Source: Neisseria perflava
GTDB taxonomy: Bacteria; Pseudomonadota; Gammaproteobacteria; Burkholderiales; Neisseriaceae
Assembly (NCBI RefSeq): GCF_024170405.1
Contig: NZ_JALJYC010000004.1
Coordinates: 1 to 32,000, forward strand
Direction: 5' to 3'
Length of the DNA: 32,000 nucleotides
In this document: positions 1 to 6,441 of the stretch, in pieces
Numbering within the stretch: the stretch's first letter is position 1
Layout of the letters: each line of letters begins with the position of its first letter
Position numbers and translations under genes: made by a program
The notes under the pieces: model-generated
Told to the model about the DNA's origin: nothing
Seen by the model: only the letters and a program-made list of their open reading frames with translations
Database searches by the model: none

Positions 1-1
1 A

Positions 2-58
2 TTAGCTTGTTTTGCTTATAAGGGCTCAGTCGACTTTTTTTCATGGGATTTATTCTAA
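2..58 (+). CDS. 3' end of a small phage ORF (...LACFAYKGSVDFFSWDLF*), partial
   Basis: The frame is open from the window edge to TAA at 56-58. The stop abuts the next ATG at 59, which suggests translational coupling. Too short to assign a family. Confidence 0.3.
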   Translation, partial: LACFAYKGSVDFFSWDLF

Positions 59-1141
59 ATGATTTTGAATAAATCTAGTTATCTAGTACAGCCCCAAAAT
101 CAATCAGGAGATTTAACTGGTCGTCTGTGTAAGCAAAGTGGTTTGGGTACAACGGGATTTGTGTTTTGTAATGACCAAAAGAAAGCTGCCGAATCGGGTG
201 GGCAATACTGTTTATATTCTCAACCATCGGGAAAAGGATATTCGGTTGATACCTGTTCCGATTGGGAAAAAAAGAAAAAAGAAGAAGAGCAAAAAAAAGC
301 AATAGAAGAGGCGATTAAATCAGATTCAAAAACTTATTATTACGCAAATGGCATTTATGTCAAAAATGGAAAAGAATTATGTATAGCTTACGCAGCTTTT
401 GTTGGTAAAGAAAATCACGGTGCTTCATCCTCTGGAAGTTCTTTTATTTGTGGCGTTTCTACGACGGTTGGCACTAGAACGACTGTTCATCAAGAGCTTC
501 AATCTGATACGGCTATTCGCGTAACTCTTGCCGGTGCATTAGCTAAATATTCAGGCGATAACGGCGGTTGTACAGCCTATTTCAGCGGCGAAAATACAAT
601 TTCTTGTCTAAAAGATTCTTCCGGTGTCGGCGGAGATTCGTCCGGCGAAGAATCATCAGATTCAGAATCCGAAAAACCAAAAGAAGAAGAACAAGAGCAG
701 GAAGAAGATAATCCCGTGGTCAACATGTTGGCCAATCTCTACAACATGATGAAAGAAGAAATGACGGGTTTAAAGAACGCTATAACTTCTAGCTCTTCGG
801 GCGGAGGCAGTGCCGGAAGTGAGAACGGTTCGAAAAACGGTTCAGAAAATGGAAGTGATGAAGGCTCTGAAACGGGTGCGGAAAACGCTACTGGCGATTC
901 GGATTATGGTGTTTTAGACGGTGTTTCAAAATCTGAATATTCCCGTGGCGGAGTTTTTCAAGAATCAGGTTCATGCCCTTCCCCTATTCCGCTGAATTTC
1001 AGCGTTTTAGGCTATGGCGTGGCTACTGAATTCTCGTTTGAACATGTTTGTACGGTGGTGGCAAAACTTCGCCCATTGATGATTATGTTCGGCTATTTGG
1101 TTGGTGCAACCATGATTACCAAAGCATTAAGGAGTTCTTGA
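59..1141 (+). CDS. Filamentous-phage minor coat / adsorption protein (pIII-like)
   Basis: 360 aa. It has Cys-containing N-terminal domains and two acidic or Gly/Ser-rich linkers: residues ~186-217 (SSGVGGDSSGEESSDSESEKPKEEEQEQEED) and ~243-282 (SSSGGGSAGSENGSKNGSENGSDEGSETGAEN, with 12-nt periodicity at nt 785-904). The C-terminal hydrophobic anchor is LRPLMIMFGYLVGATMITKAL. It sits two genes upstream of zot. The call rests on architecture and position, not homology. Confidence 0.6.
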   Translation: MILNKSSYLVQPQNQSGDLTGRLCKQSGLGTTGFVFCNDQKKAAESGGQYCLYSQPSGKGYSVDTCSDWEKKKKEEEQKKAIEEAIKSDSKTYYYANGIYVKNGKELCIAYAAFVGKENHGASSSGSSFICGVSTTVGTRTTVHQELQSDTAIRVTLAGALAKYSGDNGGCTAYFSGENTISCLKDSSGVGGDSSGEESSDSESEKPKEEEQEQEEDNPVVNMLANLYNMMKEEMTGLKNAITSSSSGGGSAGSENGSKNGSENGSDEGSETGAENATGDSDYGVLDGVSKSEYSRGGVFQESGSCPSPIPLNFSVLGYGVATEFSFEHVCTVVAKLRPLMIMFGYLVGATMITKALRSS

Positions 1142-1142
1142 T

Positions 1143-1454
1143 ATGCCGTGGATAGCCTCACTTGTAGCTTCTTTAATTTCCGCTTTAGGGCCATTCATAA
1201 AGGACATTTTTTTAAAAATTCTTGTCGCGCTGGGTGTTTCTCTGATAACGCATGAGGGCATTGATATTGTTGTTGAAAATCTCTTTTCAAAAGCAAATGA
1301 ATATCTTGGCGAAATGGATAGTGAATTTATAGGGCTTTTTCTTTTAAGCGGTATTGGTCATGCGATAAATACCGTGATTGGTGCAGCAAATTTTGTTATC
1401 TCGTGGAAAATCACATCAAAAACTTGGACGTTTTTAGCAAGTAAGAAAGGGTAG
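1143..1454 (+). CDS. Small phage membrane protein (DUF2523 / pVI-like)
   Basis: 103 aa with hydrophobic segments (WIASLVASLISALGPF, ILVALGVSLI, FIGLFLLSGIGHAINTVIGAANFVI). Its start lies 1 nt after the pIII-like stop, and it is immediately upstream of zot, as in many inoviruses. Confidence 0.5.
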   Translation: MPWIASLVASLISALGPFIKDIFLKILVALGVSLITHEGIDIVVENLFSKANEYLGEMDSEFIGLFLLSGIGHAINTVIGAANFVISWKITSKTWTFLASKKG

Positions 1455-1458
1455 AAAA

Positions 1459-2610
1459 ATGATTACTTTGATTACTGGTTCTCCGGGTTCGGGTAAAACT
1501 TTGAGCATGGTTTCAGAAATTAAAAACAAAATTGATAAAGAATGGCAAGGGCGTAAGATTTTCACGGATGGCATTCCTGAGCTGACAATTCAAACTGAGC
1601 CGATTCCAGAAGGTCATTCTATCCATTATATGCATGTTTGGCTTAAATGGCCTGAAAATCATGGTTCGATTGTGATTATTGATGAAGCGCAGCGCGTATT
1701 TCCGCCCCGCTCTTCCAATCAGAAAGCTAGTGAGCTTGTCGAATGGATGCATATTCATCGCCATGCCGGGGCGGATATTTATCTAATCACTCAAATGCCT
1801 ACCCGCATTGATAAACAAGTTCGCGATTTAGTCGGGGTGCATTGGCATATCCATCAGAATAGATTGGGTATGCGTCTTAAATTTTATTGGGACTATTGCG
1901 CAAATAATCCAAAATCTGAATCGAAAAATGGTCAAGTTTCCCCTTATAAATTCGATAAATCCGTTTTTGGTCTGTACAAGTCCGCTGATGTCCACACTAA
2001 AATTAAAAAGCCCAAATCAAGAGTGCTTTTCATCGTTCCCGTGGCCGTGGTCGCTTTAGCGATTTCATCGGCGTTTTCGCTGAAATTACTCAAAGGCAAT
2101 CAGTCCGCGCCTGAAACTGTGGCCGAGGCTAAAGAAGACGTTAAAAAAGGGGCGGAAAAAGGCTCGGCTAAAGCTGCCGAATCCTTGGCCTCATCGCTGA
2201 AAAAAGATGAAAACCGCTCCCTAACGCCCGAACATTTTAAGCCCACGATACCCGATAAAGTCGAATCAAAGCCTATTTATGATAGTGTGAGACAGGTAAA
2301 AACCTTTGAATATCCCGTTGCCTGTGTCGATTCGGGGGCAAAATGCAACTGCTACACTCAACAGGCCACGATAATCAGCGAAATAGACGTTAAAACCTGC
2401 AAGCAATACGTTGATAAGGGTTTGCCCTTCAATCCCTATAAGCAGCCCGAACAGGAGCGTTATCACGCAAATAACGGCACAAATGCCGTTGTTTCCGCTC
2501 AGGCACAAACCCAAGACAATCAAGTCTTGGTAATGGGTGGGCAAAGCCAGCAAAATTTAATGTATGACAATCGTGTTCCGGTCGATTCATACGGTACTCC
2601 AACTAACTAA
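1459..2610 (+). CDS. zot: Zonula occludens toxin (Zot)-like phage assembly NTPase (pI family)
   Basis: The N-terminus MITLITGSPGSGKTL contains a Walker A motif, and IVIIDEAQ is a Walker B-like motif. A central TM helix (VLFIVPVAVVALAISSAFSLKLL) is followed by a Cys-containing periplasmic C-terminal domain. 383 aa. Confidence 0.9.
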   Translation: MITLITGSPGSGKTLSMVSEIKNKIDKEWQGRKIFTDGIPELTIQTEPIPEGHSIHYMHVWLKWPENHGSIVIIDEAQRVFPPRSSNQKASELVEWMHIHRHAGADIYLITQMPTRIDKQVRDLVGVHWHIHQNRLGMRLKFYWDYCANNPKSESKNGQVSPYKFDKSVFGLYKSADVHTKIKKPKSRVLFIVPVAVVALAISSAFSLKLLKGNQSAPETVAEAKEDVKKGAEKGSAKAAESLASSLKKDENRSLTPEHFKPTIPDKVESKPIYDSVRQVKTFEYPVACVDSGAKCNCYTQQATIISEIDVKTCKQYVDKGLPFNPYKQPEQERYHANNGTNAVVSAQAQTQDNQVLVMGGQSQQNLMYDNRVPVDSYGTPTN

Positions 2611-2624
2611 GAAAGGGAAAAATC

Positions 2625-2708
2625 ATGAAATTCTATCTAGTCGCATTCGGTGTGGGCGCATTGGGCGCAATACTCTATATGTTGATTTTTGGCATACCTG
2701 CATTTTAA
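2625..2708 (+). CDS. 27-aa hydrophobic mini-protein (MKFYLVAFGVGALGAILYMLIFGIPAF)
   Basis: The ATG is preceded by a GAAAGGGAAAAATC Shine-Dalgarno-like sequence, 14 nt after the zot stop. It is a single predicted TM helix and is followed directly by a DUS hairpin terminator. Not in the ORF track because it is too short. Confidence 0.35.
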   Translation: MKFYLVAFGVGALGAILYMLIFGIPAF

Positions 2709-2714
2709 AAAAAC

Positions 2715-2741
2715 AAGGCCGTCTGAAGTTCAGACGGCCTT
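2715..2741 (+). terminator. Inverted DUS pair hairpin (AAGGCCGTCTGAA-g-TTCAGACGGCCTT)
   Basis: Perfect 13-nt arms directly after the last phage ORF. Confidence 0.6.
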
Positions 2742-2790
2742 AATTTCCTTCAGGCTGGGGGTTGGGGCAAAGCCCCGCAGGGTTGGCCTT

Positions 2791-2820
2791 ATGTAACGTA
2801 ACCGGCATATTATGCGAACT
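2791..2820 (-). other. dif-like XerC/XerD-type recombination site (candidate prophage att junction)
   Basis: The reverse complement reads AGTTCGCATAA-TATGCCGG-TTACGTTACAT. Against E. coli dif (GGTGCGCATAA-TGTATA-TTATGTTAAAT) the left arm matches 9/11 and the right arm 9/11, but the spacer is 8 nt rather than 6 nt. Confidence 0.4.
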
Positions 2821-2899
2821 ATGATAACCATACAGTAAGAAGCATTATCCGCTATAATATGCGCTATATTTAGTAACTAAACCAAATGTCTAACTGATT

Positions 2900-3208
2900 A
2901 TGCTGCAAACCGATTTGCTTCTCCATAAAATTACCAATGAAGATTATCAGCGGATGATTATTCAGAACAGCCTTTCATTTGGCGCTGGAGAATTTAAGCT
3001 GTTAAACGAAATTTTATCCGGTTTTGAATTTGATGTTATTCAGGCACAGGCGTTGGCTCAGGCGGTTATGCAGCAAACGCGGTTTTATCCTAATGCTTAT
3101 CATATTGACAGCGACGATGAAGATATGACCGGCATATGCCCGCATTGTATCAATCCGCCTATGCCGCCATTGCGTGATTATTTAGCCTGGCGCGAATTAC
3201 GCGGCTAG
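2900..3208 (+). CDS. Hypothetical protein, 102 aa, no recognisable family
   Basis: An ORF lying between the dif-like site and ruvB, with no obvious SD. A single DUS follows at 3221-3230. Its N-terminus MLQTDLL mirrors RuvB's MLQTDNL (see findings). Confidence 0.4.
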   Translation: MLQTDLLLHKITNEDYQRMIIQNSLSFGAGEFKLLNEILSGFEFDVIQAQALAQAVMQQTRFYPNAYHIDSDDEDMTGICPHCINPPMPPLRDYLAWRELRG

Positions 3209-3253
3209 CTAGTTAGCTAGGCCGTCTGAAATTTTATATTTTGAAAAATTTTT

Positions 3254-4285
3254 ATGTTACAAACAGATAACCTGACTTCTGCGCAGTCCCAGCGGATTAT
3301 TACGGCGCAAAGTATGTCTTCGCAAGAAGAATTATTAGAACGGGCTTTGCGGCCGAAAACGCTGGATGATTATATCGGCCAACCTAAGGCCAAAGAACAG
3401 CTGGCTATTTTCATTCAAGCGGCCAAAAAGCGTGGCGAGGCTTTGGATCATACGCTGCTGTTTGGCTCGCCGGGGTTGGGTAAAACCACATTGGCGCACA
3501 TCATTGCCCGCGAACTGGGTGTGAATTTGCGCCAAACCAGCGGCCCGGTATTGGAGCGCGCCGGTGATTTGGCCGCCCTTCTGACCAATCTTGAGCCGCA
3601 TGATGTTCTTTTCATTGATGAAATCCATAGGCTTAGCCCTGTGGTAGAGGAGATTCTCTACCCTGCCCTTGAGGATTATCAGCTGGATATTATGATTGGG
3701 GAAGGCCCTGCTGCACGCTCGGTAAAAATTGATTTGCCGCCGTTTACGCTGGTGGGCGCAACGACGCGGGCCGGTATGCTTACCAATCCGCTGCGTGACC
3801 GTTTTGGTATTGTCTCCCGCTTGGAATTTTATGAAAACAAAGATTTAGCTACTATTGTCAGCCGGTCTGCGCAGCTGTTGCAGCTGGATATGGGTGAAGA
3901 AGGTGCGATGGAGATTGCTAAGCGCAGCCGTGGCACGCCGCGTATTGCTAACCGCCTGCTGCGGCGTGTACGCGATTATGCTGATGTAAAAAGTAACGGC
4001 ATGATTGATGCACACGTTGCGGATGCGGCGTTGAGTATGCTGGATGTGGATGGTCGTGGCTTGGATGTGATGGATAGAAAGTTTTTGGAAGCGATTTTGC
4101 ACAAATTCAGCGGCGGCCCGGTCGGTTTGGAAAATGTGGCGGCAGCCATCGGCGAATCAACCGATACGATTGAAGATGTGATTGAGCCATATTTGATTCA
4201 GCAAGGATTTTTACAGCGCACGCCGCGCGGCCGGATGGCTACTGAACGCGCTTATCTGCACTTCGGATTGAAAATGTCTGAATAA
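3254..4285 (+). CDS. ruvB: Holliday junction branch-migration helicase RuvB
   Basis: Contains [12 protein letters not shown], Walker [12 protein letters not shown], Walker [17 protein letters not shown] sensor motifs and [16 protein letters not shown]. 343 aa. Confidence 0.97.
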   Translation: MLQTDNLTSAQSQRIITAQSMSSQEELLERALRPKTLDDYIGQPKAKEQLAIFIQAAKKRGEALDHTLLFGSPGLGKTTLAHIIARELGVNLRQTSGPVLERAGDLAALLTNLEPHDVLFIDEIHRLSPVVEEILYPALEDYQLDIMIGEGPAARSVKIDLPPFTLVGATTRAGMLTNPLRDRFGIVSRLEFYENKDLATIVSRSAQLLQLDMGEEGAMEIAKRSRGTPRIANRLLRRVRDYADVKSNGMIDAHVADAALSMLDVDGRGLDVMDRKFLEAILHKFSGGPVGLENVAAAIGESTDTIEDVIEPYLIQQGFLQRTPRGRMATERAYLHFGLKMSE

Positions 4286-4314
4286 ATATTTTCCTTTTAA
4301 TTTAATCAGATAAT

Positions 4315-4343
4315 CAAGGCCGTCTGAACTTCAGACGGCCTTG
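4315..4343. terminator. Inverted DUS pair hairpin between convergent ruvB and gss
   Basis: The sequence is CAAGGCCGTCTGAA-c-TTCAGACGGCCTTG. Confidence 0.65.
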
Positions 4344-4361
4344 TGCTTGGATGTGTTTCAG

Positions 4362-6263
4362 CTAAGATTCATCAGATGATAAAAAATCTTCATCTTTCAA
4401 AACGCGCAAGGGCTGCATGTCGCTGCTGCCGATGATAATCCGGCTGGAATCGGAGCGCAGGCAGCTGCCGCCGTAATGTCCGCCAACGGTAAAGGTGCAA
4501 ACTTGTACATATTGGTCTTCTACCTTCGGCAGACACCAAAGCTGCTGATACACCTGTTCCTGATTGGAAAATTTGCCTTGGGTAACGTCTAATTCGTTGG
4601 TGCATTCGCCGACAAGGGTAACGTTATCGCCCCGGCGGCCGTTAATCGGTTTTTTCGCATAGCCTTTTGCAATCAGGCTGTCGGTAAGCTCGAAACTGGC
4701 TTCCAGCAGATAACGGTGGTTGGGGAACAGCTTCCACAATACCGGCAAAATGGCTTTATTGCTGGGAATGGCCGTCCACAGCGGTTCGTAAACCAAAACT
4801 TCCGGCCGTAACAATACATCAATCAGGCGCACGGTATCGCCGGGATAGCCGGTACGGATGGGTGGTGCTACCTCATGCCCGGTCGAATCTTCGCGCAACT
4901 GCTCCAGCATGGTTTCCCACGCCCAGGTTTTCCATACGGTCAATACCTGATTTTCGTCGTCGTCTTTCAGACGGCCACGACTGTCCCAATGCAGCCCTTG
5001 TGTACCATGAATGATTTTGGTGTGCACACCGGCTTTTTCCAGCGCCGATTGCATAAACATCGAATGGTAATCTTCTTCGGAATCATGGTCTTGCAAGATA
5101 TGTACCAAAGGCGCATGGGTACGGTGTTTCCAACAATCGGTCAGCGCGTCGCGCAAATCTGCGCCTGGGTCTTCTCCTGCGGTCAAACCGCCCGCCTTCG
5201 CCCATTTGCCCAATATTGCCCCCGCCTCCGCATGGCAGGAAGCGGAATCGGCATTGTATTCATACACTTTCAAACCGCGCCCATCCATACAAAAATCCAA
5301 ACGGCCGCTGATGGTTTGATGACGGCGGTTTTGCCACGATAAGCGCAGGCGCGGCCATAATAATTTAGGAATATTAAAATATTTCAATAAATTATCATCT
5401 TTCAAGACGCAGTCTGTTGCATGTAGATACATCAAATGCACTTCATTGGTGGCGCGGATGAGCTCGTGTTTGGCGCTTTCCGAGATGGTGAAATAGCGGT
5501 AAGGGTTGGTACGGCTGACTTGATGCCCTTGCATGGCGGTCACAAAAAGTTTTTCAAACGTATTGCTTTCATTCAGCCATTTGCCGTCAAATTGGCCTTG
5601 GTTTGTCAAATGCCCGGCGTGGATTTGCAGCAGCTCGGGCGCGGCAACAGGCTGCGGCAGGCTGTACTCGGTATCAGCCGTTTGAATCATCCAGCCGAGT
5701 ATGATGGTATTGTCAAACGTATCATGCAAAGTATAGCCGTCTGCAACCGTCATCGGCAGTTCGCGCGTCCATTGCTGGCCGCTGGGCAAACGGGAATGGA
5801 TAACATTTTGTTCGGCAATGCGGATTTTGTCGTCGAATACCTCGGTAATCACTGCTACATGGCCGGTACGCTCAAATTCACCGCCCTCGTCCCAAATCAG
5901 CAGCGCCCCGGCTTGCGGTTTTTTACGGCTGCCGTTGGCAAAAGCCTGCAACGGCACCAGAGCATCATTAACGACCTGGCGCAGGAAGCGTAACGAGAAA
6001 ATCTCGTAAGCCATGCCCACGTCGGTAAACACCATACCGTGATTCAAATACAGATAGCGGCGGGCAAACTCAACACATTGCCATTTATAACCCATGTATT
6101 CGCTGCCCAAATAACTGCGGAAAGCTGCGTCGTCAGGATATTCTTGCCGATCAACTGTATCATAATCGGAAGAATAAATTGCAATGCCCCCGGGCGCATA
6201 ACCCAACAGGCTGCCAAAGGGGTCATGGGTATAGATATTGGGAGAAATTTCAGATTCGGACAT
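4362..6263 (-). CDS. gss: Bifunctional glutathionylspermidine synthetase/amidase
   Basis: The N-terminal CHAP amidase block is YMGYKWQCVEFARRYLYLNHG...GHVAVITEV...RIAEQNV. The C-terminal ATP-grasp synthetase blocks are LKVYEYNADSASC, VWKTWAWE, RLIDVLLRPEVLVYEPLW and VCTFTVGGHYGGSCLR. It is colinear with E. coli Gss as I recall it. I prefer the ATG at 6263 (MSESEIS...); the ORF-track GTG at 6275 is the alternative. Confidence 0.93.
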   Translation of the reverse strand: MSESEISPNIYTHDPFGSLLGYAPGGIAIYSSDYDTVDRQEYPDDAAFRSYLGSEYMGYKWQCVEFARRYLYLNHGMVFTDVGMAYEIFSLRFLRQVVNDALVPLQAFANGSRKKPQAGALLIWDEGGEFERTGHVAVITEVFDDKIRIAEQNVIHSRLPSGQQWTRELPMTVADGYTLHDTFDNTIILGWMIQTADTEYSLPQPVAAPELLQIHAGHLTNQGQFDGKWLNESNTFEKLFVTAMQGHQVSRTNPYRYFTISESAKHELIRATNEVHLMYLHATDCVLKDDNLLKYFNIPKLLWPRLRLSWQNRRHQTISGRLDFCMDGRGLKVYEYNADSASCHAEAGAILGKWAKAGGLTAGEDPGADLRDALTDCWKHRTHAPLVHILQDHDSEEDYHSMFMQSALEKAGVHTKIIHGTQGLHWDSRGRLKDDDENQVLTVWKTWAWETMLEQLREDSTGHEVAPPIRTGYPGDTVRLIDVLLRPEVLVYEPLWTAIPSNKAILPVLWKLFPNHRYLLEASFELTDSLIAKGYAKKPINGRRGDNVTLVGECTNELDVTQGKFSNQEQVYQQLWCLPKVEDQYVQVCTFTVGGHYGGSCLRSDSSRIIIGSSDMQPLRVLKDEDFLSSDES

Positions 6264-6390
6264 GATGGCATACACTATTTGATAATAAGTTAATAAGCAG
6301 TATATGCCTAAGCGCTCAGGCTGTCGAATACTCTGTCTGCCGGCTAATTGAACCGCCTCATTATCAAACCCCTACCCAAGACATAAAAAA

Positions 6391-6417
6391 ATGCCGTCTG
6401 AAAATTTCAGACGGCAT
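6391..6417. terminator. Inverted DUS pair hairpin downstream of the TonB-dependent receptor gene
   Basis: The sequence is ATGCCGTCTGAAAATTTCAGACGGCAT, 25 nt beyond the receptor stop. Confidence 0.65.
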
Positions 6418-6441
6418 CGCATGTATCAGAGTCAGCAGGAA

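Larger units (their letters stand above)
1..2820 (+). mobile_element. Right-hand (morphogenesis) portion of an integrated filamentous phage (Inovirus-like prophage). The left part lies outside the window and the right boundary is approximate.
   Basis: Gene order is the canonical gIII-gVI-gI order: Gly/Ser-linker adsorption-like protein, small membrane protein, then Zot/pI P-loop assembly protein. Genes are tightly coupled (TAAATG at 56-61, TGAnATG at 1139-1145). The region is AT-richer than its flanks and has no DUS in 1-2714. A dif-like site lies at 2791-2820. Confidence 0.75.

Noticed and set aside
785-904. A 12-nt periodic repeat (GAGAACGGTTCG / AAAAACGGTTCA / GAAAATGGAAGT ...) that could look like a tandem-repeat or array signal
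   Set aside because: It is in frame and encodes the (E/K/D)NGS Gly/Ser linker of the pIII-like phage protein. It is not a CRISPR array or a non-coding repeat. I saw no CRISPR-like repeat-spacer structure anywhere in the window.
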